Assembly: GCA_002269645.1 (NCBI GenBank)
Contig: NIVC01000571.1
Location: 434,001 to 498,000, forward strand
From: Macrostomum lignano
Taxonomy: Eukaryota
Direction of reading: 5' to 3'
DNA: 64,000 nucleotides
In this document: piece by piece, positions 45,624 to 55,570 of the stretch
Position numbering within the stretch: the first letter of the stretch is position 1
Layout: every line of letters begins with the position of its first letter
Made by a program: the position numbers and the translations under genes
The notes under the pieces: generated by a model
The model's input: only the letters and a program-made list of their open reading frames with translations
What the model was told of the DNA's origin: nothing
The model's database searches: none

Positions 45624-46226
45624 TTACACAGTTTTCCACGCAGGATCACGGGCTAAAATTTCTTCTAGAAACTTCATCTTAGAGTTTAATTCCCTAATTG
45701 GCATCGACACCTGTCTCAAGCCTGGGTAGGTAACAGACAGTTTGTACAGACGAATGTAAAAATAGCCAGTTGATTGTTGGATGTTTACCTTTTTACACAA
45801 ATGGGCGGACCGCACTTTAACATCTTGTTCAAATTTCTTTTTCTCTTGTGTGCGATAAGTTGTAAGCAGCCGCCCAACTTCGAGAATCCAATATAGACCT
45901 TCAATTTGAGTCTTCTTGTACATTGCTAGAGCCGCCTTCACCCTAGTGATGATGTTCTGCTCGCCAGATGGAAGCTGGTGATCAACAGCATTCATCAGCT
46001 GATCAGTTAGTGTTACGCGGGATGCGTACAGCTTCTCCCTGAATTTCTGCAGATCCGCCATCTTCTTCTCTTCGCTACTCACATTCGCTGCGGCGATATC
46101 ATCAGGGGCCATGGCGAAAAACTCGATTGGTAGGTCGCCAGTTTCTAGACCGAAAAAGGTGGTTAGTTCCTCTCTTCTTCTTGCTTGTAGATGTGACGGA
46201 ATATCCTGTAAAACTCTTTGTAGCAT
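45624..46226 (-). CDS. Intronless 200-aa ORF of unknown function
   Basis: ATG-to-stop ORF with non-repetitive, globular, helix-rich composition in otherwise non-coding surroundings. No family recognised with confidence. Confidence 0.6.
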   Translation of the reverse strand: MLQRVLQDIPSHLQARRREELTTFFGLETGDLPIEFFAMAPDDIAAANVSSEEKKMADLQKFREKLYASRVTLTDQLMNAVDHQLPSGEQNIITRVKAALAMYKKTQIEGLYWILEVGRLLTTYRTQEKKKFEQDVKVRSAHLCKKVNIQQSTGYFYIRLYKLSVTYPGLRQVSMPIRELNSKMKFLEEILARDPAWKTV

Positions 46227-46649
46227 GGCACAAAGGCCTTGCTTATCTGTCTAGGGAATACTCTATAGAGTACTCTGTAGAATACTCTGTAGAGTATTCC
46301 CTGGGCCGGGGTGCCCGGGCCAAGTCAGGCCATTCATTTTTGGCTGTGAAGGGACAAGAGAGGAACCGACTGAGTGTAAGACATGTTAGAAAAAACCATA
46401 GGCTTCCCTGGAAGAGTGAATGATAAGAAGATGGGGGGTGTAAGATAAGGAGGGAAGGAAGAAATGTGCATTTGGGAAAGAAGAAAAGGAACTGAGGAAG
46501 ATTGCAGACAAAGACATTATGCACAATTGTACATTGTGCGGGACAAAAAGTTCTATGCACAGCCTACCAACTTTTGCCCTTCTCGGGTGTACGTTCTTTA
46601 TACGGTCGTATAAGTCTTCGCGAAGTTCCCAAGTTGCTCATTTTGTATT

Positions 46650-47047
46650 CGAAGAGCTTGCGTGCACGGCCGCCGTTCACGTAAGCTCAGAATTGCGTGC
46701 ACGGCAGAGCTATATCTTATAGGCTTATTATACAGTAAGTCATATACTATTTGAATTAATATTCAAGTTAACAAAAAAAACAATGAATTAAGATTACATT
46801 TGCAGTCCATGGTGTACGAGGGATAAAACATTATAAAACAATATAGTAAAAATATTTTTTAATTAGGTTTGCCAATGCCAATGCGTGGATTTAAGGGCCC
46901 CAGTCCCGGCCAATTGCCGGCTGCCGTGCACGCAATTACAACACTAGGTGTACGGCTGCATACATGCAAATAAAGCACTAGGTAGATAGCCGCCGTGCAC
47001 GCAATTCTGAGCTTACGTGAACGGCTGCCGTGCACGCAAGCTCTTCG
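46650..47047. mobile_element. MITE with ~58-bp TIRs and 9-bp TSD (Mutator-like signature)
   Basis: TIR CGAAGAGCTTGCGTGCACGGC.GCCGTTCACGTAAGCTCAGAATTGCGTGCACGGC at both ends; TSD TTTTGTATT at 46641-46649 and 47048-47056. Confidence 0.88.
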
Positions 47048-47096
47048 TTTTGTATTTTGTATTTTGTCCCAAGTTGCTCACTTGCAAAGATAAATC

Positions 47097-48330
47097 ATGG
47101 GTTACAAGTGCTGTGTGTTCGGCTGCAAATCAGGCTATTCGCCAGAAGGAACTGTGGGAATAAGCTACGAGTATTATGCTTTCCCAAAGCATCCTTTACT
47201 AAGACAGCAGTGGCTTCGTGCTATACCAACCGCCGACCTGAAGGCCACGTCTTCTCAGCGTGTCTGCTCGAAGCACTTCACGGAAGCTGACTTCGTCAGA
47301 GAATCAACCGACCACCTAGACTCAGTGACCTGCTAGACAAGTTGGATTCGGCCAATATTCCATCCGGATTTGTAAGAAGTACCAACGCTGGATTAGCTTC
47401 CTTTTTCCTGATCGACACATCCATCTCAGACTCCGCTCCACACCTCACAGCTTCACTGACTGTCTTTGAAGATCTCACGTATCAGGCATTTGTTTATGGC
47501 CTTCACTGTACTAGCAGCATGCTTGGACATCTGTTTCCAAAGCAGCAGGACACCCTCCATCTGTTCTCCACTTTTGAGGGTGGGTTTCATAAACGCGAAA
47601 CTTCACAAACGCGAAACTTCATAACCGCTAAAATTTTTGCGTTTACTTTGATAAACGGCAGTCTTTTTAGCGGTTGTGAAGTTTCGCGGTTAAAGTTTCG
47701 CGGTTGTGAAAGTAGGTGATTTAGCGGTTGTGAAGTTTCGCGGTTATAAAGTTTCGCGTTTATGAAAGTAGGTGATTTAGCGGTTGTGAAATTTCGCGTT
47801 TGTGAAGGCAACCCCTTCTGAGAACCTGCTGACATTCCTCAAATCTCTGGCCCAGACAGGAGAGACACGTGATCCCATCACGTCGTCTGATTTCGTGGAG
47901 GAGGTTTTGAGGAGCTACCTCGGATCTCTGAGCGATGAATCAGATGTTCAAGGACAAGTGAAGTTCCTTCTCGAGCAATTTTCCCTGATCCACACCCGGG
48001 GCCGTCTCGTCGCTATACGCCAACAACAACAGTACTGGCGTATTTGGTTTTTTCAACTAGCCGCGCTGCCCACAAGGCGATTCTGGACGATGGGTCCATT
48101 TGCTTGCCCTCTATCAGGAATCTCGTTAGGCTGACATCCGTTCTTTCCAAGGAGTCTGGCATCGTGGATGAGGCGTACATTCAGCTGCGGGCAGGATCGC
48201 TTGACCCTCGAGAGAAGTATGTGGTCCTCATCATCGACGAGGTGACCACCGCGAAGGGAGTGGAATTTCACTGCGACTCCATATATGGTCTCAGCAGCGA
48301 TGACAAGGTGGCTTTTGAGAACCTTCGAGG
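47097..48330 (+). pseudogene. Decayed THAP-domain / P-element-like transposase
   Basis: THAP: MGYKCCVFGC...YAFPKHPLLRQQWLRAI...VCSKHFTEADF. Downstream fragments ICLPSIRNL and VVLIIDEV resemble the P-element/THAP9 core. Interrupted by stops, frameshifts and a MITE. Confidence 0.8.
47577..47815. mobile_element. MITE with degenerate GGG-start TIRs and subterminal TTT(C/A)GCGGTTGTGAAA repeats
   Basis: Inverted terminal similarity (TTCATAAACGCGAAA.TTCACAA versus its reverse complement); TSD not clean. Confidence 0.7.
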
Positions 48331-48869
48331 CTGCAGCGATCTGGAAGAAGCTTCTCAGCGGCTTTGCTGCACTGATCATTGTCAAGATGCAGAATTCAGC
48401 TTAATTCGCATCGTGTCGCTTTCGTTGCTCTAAGCACTCTCTCAGGCAAGTAATTCGGTAGTTTTCCTTCCGCCTTCTCAACTGCTTTCTTAAGAACTTC
48501 ACTGCAGAGATCAATCGTCCTTCCCTCGTTCGCAAGCGAAGAACTGATGGCCTGAAAGAAAACGACAGCTGCTGAAAAATTGCCAAGTTGAACCCCCAGT
48601 TCCGGACCACTTCTCTCCGTTGCTTTTCCTTTCATATCCTGGCTTTTGACAGTTTTTGGTAAATTTGAATGGCAATGCCTACTATCTGATGCTATTTCTA
48701 TTGTGTGCAGTATATAATGATAACTCGAATTCTAATTTTTGATGTTTCTAAGTAACAAATTAAGGTCTTTTTTATTTGCTTGCAACATCAATATGCATGA
48801 ACTGGGCTGGGCTCAGGCTCGGAAGAGGTCGGCCTGACTTGGCCCGCCCCCATTGGCCAGTGTCACTTC

Positions 48870-49158
48870 CAGGTCTAGAGAATTCCCTGTCCAGGTCTAG
48901 AGAATTCCCTGTCCAGGTCTAGAGAATTCCCTGTCCAGGTCTAGAGAATTCCCTGTCCAGGTCTAGAGAATTCCCTGTCCAGGTCTAGAGAATTCCCTGT
49001 CCAGGTCTAGAGAATTCCCTGTCCAGGTCTAGAGAATTCCCTGTCCAGGTATACAGAATTCCCTGTCCATGTCTAGAGAATTCCCTGTCCAGGTCTAGAG
49101 TATTAATTCCCTGTCCAGGTCTAGAGAATTCCCCGTCCAGGTCTAGAGAATTCCCTGC
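48870..49158. repeat. 22-bp minisatellite (CCAGGTCTAGAGAATTCCCTGT)n
   Basis: About 13 copies. Confidence 0.95.
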
Positions 49159-49864
49159 ATGGACTCGGGACCGACCGCTAGGAGAGGGCGGGGTTTGGAA
49201 AGAGTGAAAAACGGTTTCGAAACTTATAAGAAAGTTAAAATTTATTGCCAGGGAATCGGCCACGAAAAAAATTGCACTATCTTTGAGTGCAGCGTCCTGC
49301 ATATACTGCTAGTAGTCTCTTTGAGAAATTCGTACCTGTCTAAATAATTTTTACCTTACTTTATTGTGTTAAATGCATGGCAATAACCGGGGGCGTCGCC
49401 AGCGGCGGGGACAGGGGACATGTTCCTCAGTAAAAGCTGTAGGGGGAACATGACAATGCTTTGCCCCCTTACCGGACCCCACCTTGCGACCCGTTGTGGA
49501 AAGCAATAATTTTGTTTCAATCCCTAAAATTCTATTGATACAATCCAGCAATGAGCTGTTGATTCAAGCTATTGTGATTACAGATGAAGAAGTACGAATA
49601 CGAACTCTAACACTTAAAAAAAGTATTTTCACTTTTTGAATATTTATGTTGTAATAATAATATTTATACTCTTTCAATACTACTTTTCTTATGCTTGTAT
49701 TTCTAGGCCTTAATCTTAATAATGTTATGATCCTTAGTAATCTAACAATCTTGACAAATATAGTTTCAAGTTTGTTCATTAAAATTAAAATTTATTGTAT
49801 TTTCTGCTTTCTTGAAAATATATATATATTGATATTATTTACATTTACATAATACTTTCTCTAG

Positions 49865-49930
49865 CAAAATTCGAACCTCCGACCTTTTAACTACGAGTCA
49901 GACGCACTGGCCCACTCAGCCAATGAGTCT
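49865..49930 (-). other. Degenerate tRNA-like sequence (tRNA pseudogene or SINE head)
   Basis: A-box TGGCTGAGTGG, CTGACTCGTAG anticodon-like arm, B-box GGTTCGAAT; stems imperfect. Confidence 0.55.
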
Positions 49931-50049
49931 ATTTTTAGCTCTCCCATTCCCAGAGAAGCCCGAGTCCACGGCTGCAGTCCAGTCCACGCGGACCAATGGC
50001 AGCGCTCCTTGGCATATCGTGTGCACTATCACCTGATCGGACTCTCACA

Positions 50050-50466
50050 GGGGACGCTTTCATAAGACCTAAATTCACAACGCCTAAATTTCATATCGCC
50101 TAAATTTCACAACGCCTAAAATCTTTGCTTCTCTCCTTCACATTCAGTTTTAGGTGTTGTGAAATTTAGGCGATATGAAGTTTAGGCGATATGAAAGAGC
50201 ATGCAGATTTTTAGGCGTTGTGAAATTTAGGCGATATGAAATTTAGGCGATATGAAGTAGGATGCATTTTTGGTTTTAGGCGTTATGAAATTTAGGCGAT
50301 ATGAAATTTAGGCGATATGAAATTTAGGCGATGTGAAATTTAGGCGTTGTGAAGGAGGCTGCATTTTCGATTTTAGGCGTTGTGAAACTTGGGCGTTATG
50401 AAATTTAGGTGATGTGAAGTCATGTGCTTTAGGCGTTGTGAAATTTAGGTCTTATGAAGCGCCCCC
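50050..50466. mobile_element. MITE with ~38-bp TIRs, 8(-9)-bp TSD and subterminal TTTAGGCG.T.TGAAA repeats
   Basis: TIR GGGG(A/G)CGC(T)TTCATAAGACCTAAATT(T)CACAACGCCTAAA; TSD CTCTCACA at 50042-50049 and 50467-50474. Confidence 0.9.
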
Positions 50467-51032
50467 CTCTCACAGACTGGTCTTCGTGGCTCCACACGTG
50501 GACTCACTTAGTCAGGTATTTTTTGTTTAGTGGAATGTCTGACTAGTCCACGGCCATTGGGTGTTCAAACCCGTGTCAAGATGGTCTCTGCATTTCATCC
50601 CAATTCCCCAACAGTCCATATAGTGAATGAAATTGTACAGCATGTTTCACCGAGCCTGACAAATGTGCAGCTTTATGAAAATATGGGTCTTTGTACGAGC
50701 GTACATTGGATCATAGAGATCTAGAACTAGAACCTGGAGTCTTCCCGGAACTCCTTTGGCCCCGTACGCTAGTAGGCTGACTGGGGAAACCCCACACAGC
50801 CGCACATGCTTTTGCCTTTGAACAAATATTTGGCTATGAGATGCTCGCTAGAAACTAATATCGGATTTTCAAGTATGGAAATGAAACGAATATTGTATTT
50901 TTGTATTTTTTAGATAATTAATAAAAGCACACACATTCTTATTTATTGCATGCAAAATGTATAATTATGGCAACGGCCTTACAGTTTTGCATTGAATGAG
51001 GATGGATAAATCTGCATTCGCATATTACCAGC

Positions 51033-51070
51033 GGGGGCGCTTCATAAGATCTAAATTTCACAACGCCAAA
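51033..51070 (+). mobile_element. Solo TIR of the same MITE family
   Basis: GGGGGCGCTTCATAAGATCTAAATTTCACAACGCC matches the 50050-50466 TIR. Confidence 0.75.
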
Positions 51071-51075
51071 AACAG

Positions 51076-52846
51076 TTGTCTGTTGTCTGCTATTGGTCTG
51101 TTGTCTGCTATTGGTCTGTTGTCTGCTATTGGTCTGTTGTCTGCTATTAGTCTGTTGTCTGCTATTGGTCTGTTGTCTGCTATTGGTCTGTTGTCTGCTA
51201 TTGGTCTGTTGTCTGCTATTGGTCTGTTGTCTGCTATTGGTCTGTTGTCTGCTATTGGTCTGTTGTCTGCTATTGGTCTGTTGTCTGCTATTGGTCTGTT
51301 GTCTGCTATTGGTCTGTTGTCTGCTATTGGTCTGTTGTCTGCTATTGGTCTGTTGTCTGCTATTGGTCTGTTGTCTGCTATTGGTCTGTTGTCTGCTATT
51401 GGTCTGTTGTCTGCTATTGGTCTGTTGTCTGCTATTGGTCTGTTGTCTGCAATTGGTCTGTTGTCTGCTATTGGTCTGTTGTCTGCTATTGGTCTGTTGT
51501 CTGCTATTGGTCTGTTGTCTGCTATTGGTCTGTTGTCTGCTATTGGTCTGTTGTCTGCTATTGGTCTGTTGTCTGCTATTGGTCTGTTGTCTGCTATTGG
51601 TCTGTTGTCTGCTATTGGTCTGTTGTCTGCTATTGGTCTGTTGTCTGCTATTGGTCTGTTGTCTGCTATTGGTCTGTTGTCTGCTATTGGTCTGTTGTCT
51701 GCTATTGGTCTGTTGTCTGCTATTGGTCTGTTGTCTGCTATTGGTCTGTTGTCTGCTATTGGTCTGTTGTCTGCTATTGGTCTGTTGTCTGCTATTGGTC
51801 TGTTGTCTGCTATTGGTCTGTTGTCTGCTATTGGTCTGTTGTCTGCTATTGGTCTGTTGTCTGCTATTGGTCTGTTGTCTGCTATTGGTCTGTTGTCTGC
51901 TATTGGTCTGTTGTCTGCTATTGGTCTGTTGTCTGCTATTGGTCTGTTGTCTGCTATTGGTCTGTTGTCTGCTATTGGTCTGTTGTCTGCTATTGGTCTG
52001 TTGTCTGCTATTGGTCTGTTGTCTGCTATTGGTCTGTTGTCTGCTATTGGTCTGTTGTCTGCTATTGGTCTGTTGTCTGCTATTGGTCTGTTGTCTGCTA
52101 TTGGTCTGTTGTCTGCTATTGGTCTGTTGTCTGCTATTGGTCTGTTGTCTGCTATTGGTCTGTTGTCTGCTATTGGTCTGTTGTCTGCTATTGGTCTGTT
52201 GTCTGCTATTGGTCTGTTGTCTGCTATTGGTCTGTTGTCTGCTATTGGTCTGTTGTCTGCTATTGGTCTGTTGTCTGCTATTGGTCTGTTGTCTGCTATT
52301 GTTCTGTTGTCTGCTATTGGTCTGTTGTCTGCTATTGGTCTGTTGTCTGCTATTGGTCTGTTGTCTGCTATTGGTCTGTTGTCTGCTATTGGTCTGTTGT
52401 CTGCTATTGGTCTGTTGTCTGCTATTGGTCTGTTGTCTGCTATTGGTCTGTTGTCTGCTATTGGTCTGTTGTCTGCTATTGGTCTGTTGTCTGCTATTGG
52501 TCTGTTGTCTGCTATTGGTCTGTTGTCTGCTATTGGTCTGTTGTCTGCTATTGGTCTGTTGTCTGCTATTGGTCTGTTGTCTGCTATTGGTCTGTTGTCT
52601 GCTATTGGTCTGTTGTCTGCTATTGGTCTGTTGTCTGCTATTGGTCTGTTGTCTGCTATTGGTCTGTTGTCTGCTATTGGTCTGTTGTCTGCTATTGGTC
52701 TGTTGTCTGCTATTGTTCTGTTGTCTGCTATTGTTCTGTTGTCTGCTATTGGTCTGTTGTCTGCTATTGGTCTGTTGTCTGCTATTGGTCTGTTGTCTGC
52801 TATTGTTCTGTTGTCTGCTATTGGTCTGTTGTCTACTATTGGTCTG
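51076..52846. repeat. 18-bp satellite (TTGTCTGCTATTGGTCTG)n
   Basis: About 98 near-identical copies. Confidence 0.98.
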
Positions 52847-53141
52847 TGCCTGCCCCCCCTTCCCACACGGACTTCCCCCATTTTTCTCTATCCTCGCACC
52901 AGCCTACTGGGGTCCGGGTCCGAGCGCCTCCACTCAAGAGTTGCTATTCCAGATACTAGATCTAGATTTCCTTGGCTGGGCCAGCAGCTGAACGTACTTA
53001 GCTTTGCACAAAGGACTGCACAAATGTACAGCCAGAAAACCTGGGCTTTTGAGTTGAGCCCCCATTTTGCTTGAAAGTCCAATAGGACCACTTGTTCAGG
53101 GTTGCGATTGCAGAAAGATTCTTTCTCTGAGAATTGTAAAC

Positions 53142-53270
53142 ATGGGCTACAGATGTGCTGCAATCAACTGTCAGTCTGGCGGCTACTTGCAAAGAAATTT
53201 CACTGAGAATCCTGAAACGGACAGCAGAATTTCATTGTTTGGGTTTCCTGTACACGAATCCACTGCTTCT
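53142..53270 (+). pseudogene. Truncated THAP-domain fragment
   Basis: MGYRCAAINCQSG...ISLFGFP matches the N-terminal half of THAP; the C-terminal CxxHF is absent. Confidence 0.6.
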
Positions 53271-53525
53271 CCTAGAATTGCTGCAACGCATTCAAAGATA
53301 AAAATGCAGCCCAAGAAAACAATCAAGATTTTGCTCCTTGCAATTCAAGGACGATGACTTCATCCGGGAAGGTTAATTTAGGTTAATATCTAGAATTCCA
53401 TGGCCTTGACATCTCAGCAACTTGCCCTTGAGCATTGGCATTGATCGAAATGTCACTTCACGGTAATGACCTCTGCTTAATGGCTGGTCAAGAATGGTCA
53501 TTAACTGAAAGTCCTAGTTCAGACA

Positions 53526-54010
53526 TGGCGCCCCTGGTGCTGGCGCCCCTGGTGCTGGCGCCCCTGGTGCTGGCGCCCCTGGTGCTGGCGCCCCTGGTGC
53601 TGGCGCCCCTGGTGCTGGCGCCCCTGGTGCTGGCGCCCCTGGTGCTGGCGCCCCTGGTGCTGGCGCCCCTGGTGCTGGCGCCCCTGGTGCTGGCGCCCCT
53701 GGTGCTGGCGCCCCTGGTGCTGGCGCCCCTGGTGCTGGCGCCCCTGGTGCTGGCGCCCCTGGTGCTGGCGCCTCTGGTGCTGGCGCCCCTGGTGCTGGCG
53801 CCCCTGGTGCTGGCGCCCCTGGTGCTGGCGCCCCTGGTGCTGGCGCCCCTGGTGCTGGCGCCCCTGGTGCTGGCGCCCCTGGTGCTGGCGCCCCTGGTGC
53901 TGGCGCCCCTGGTGCTGGCGCCCCTGGTGCTGGCGCCCCTGGTGCTGGCGCCCCTGGTGCTGGCGCCCCTGGTGCTGGCGCCCCTGGTGCTGGCGCCCCT
54001 GGTGCTGGCG
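53526..54010. repeat. 15-bp GC-rich minisatellite (GGCGCCCCTGGTGCT)n
   Basis: About 32 copies. Confidence 0.97.
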
Positions 54011-55570
54011 CTTCAGCGCACAAGTGGCAATTTGGCCATTAACTTTAATTCTCGCTTCATATTAACCTTCCATTAACGTGCACGTGCAATGCACTGCGCA
54101 ATGCTCTGTGCAGTGTTGTGCCCAGTGTGACAGCACAGATGATTCTCAAAAATTTCACAGAGCACTATAGTCAGAAATTCTCTTGTGCTGTCAGGATTTG
54201 TATCGGTGTACTGCTAAAAACCGATAAAAACAGGTGTTTTAACGTGTGCAAAATTCTAACCCTGCTCGCTGCATCAGCAGTCCAGTCTGTTCACATCTAG
54301 GCTGGGTCTCCCGATAAATTTGTTCTCACATCAAGTCAGTTAAAGGAAGCACTTATGGCGTAATAGATTTCACAGGCAGTCAGTATCAGTCTTTAGAAAT
54401 TTAGCAAAACCAGAGCTATGCAAAGAAGACGCAATGCTTTGGACACCCTTGATTACCCATTCTCACCTTTTGCACCCAGCCAGAATTGCACTCTGCCCCA
54501 ATGCACAGTCTTCACCTGCCTGCAAGCAATGACGTAATCTATTTTAGTTCAATTTCAGACAGTCAGTAACCACACCAAGCAAATATATGACGCAGATTGA
54601 CTAAATTTTTGCGAAAGGTGCCTGAATGCTGTGACATCTATTGCAGGAAACGCGATCAAAATTCTTTCAGTCATTCTGTCCGTAAATTAACGCCTTTTAG
54701 AGCCAACCCCAAGGCCAACAATAAACCAACGCCGTAAATAATAAACGCTGTACACTCCTGTGCGAGTGTGTGCTTATGCGCCTGACTGCTCGGGGGAGTC
54801 GGCGGAATGGGCAGCAATGCCTCTCGCCGGTTGTGTGACAATGCCGCTTTAAGTACCCCAGCGATGGGGTTGCTAAGCGTACATATCTACGTGCTTGCAA
54901 GCTGCTCAATCACAAGTCTGATGCGCACGACTCACCTGTTGAAATCGCACTGACTCAAATGGCAGCACGGTTGGTTTTTCAGGTCTCAACTTGTGTTGGT
55001 CTAGATGAGTAAAAACTCCTATGTAAATTCATTAGACTCTCCCTCTTCATCAGCAGGTGCAGCAACCCTCGAGGCTCACGCCCCCAGTGTGATGTACAAG
55101 GCAATCGATTTGGTGTACAAAATGGAGTGGACCTCCCATTTGAATTGAATCGATAAATCTTGAGAGTAAAGTGCACCAAAGGCCCGATCACAATACACGC
55201 AACACGCAACACAACACAATACAGCTGCTGCAACTTGTAGGAATAGCAATTCACATCGCAGCAATAAGTAAAAAGCAAGCAGTTTAGTTCGCAGCCGTTT
55301 GCCTAATTGGCTCGCATTTTAGTTTGTCTGTGGCCGAAGGAGCAGCACGGCGCCAATTGAGCAGTCGAAATGGCTTAATTACGGCTGAAACCGTCACTTC
55401 TCTCAGTCCGGATCGGCCTCACTGGCGAGCGGCAGCGTGCATCACAGCCAACAATTTGCTTCGTGCTCTCAGAGCCGCTCTGACGCAATAAGCTGCACTG
55501 CTCGGAGAATAAAATCTGCCTCTCGCTCTCTCGGAGTTGAAGCGGCATTTCTCAAAGTAAACAGACGAAC

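Noticed and set aside
49388-49420. hAT-like terminus (GGGGCGTCGCCAG)
   Set aside because: No partner TIR or TSD identified in the window.
49865-49930. Functional tRNA gene
   Set aside because: Acceptor and anticodon stems do not pair properly; kept only as a degenerate tRNA-like sequence. The same applies to 55923-55985.
50996-53074. Long ORFs (692, 632, 607 aa) such as (LLSAIG)n
   Set aside because: They are stop-free translations of the 18-bp satellite in several frames and on both strands.
53435-54076. Collagen-like (GAPAP)n ORF
   Set aside because: Period is 5 aa, not Gly-X-Y; it is a 15-bp minisatellite open in several frames.
54770-54885. Possible ribozyme in the SINE-like region (hairpin plus GCTAA)
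   Set aside because: Could not assemble P1, P3 and L3 in HDV order, and no hammerhead core was found.
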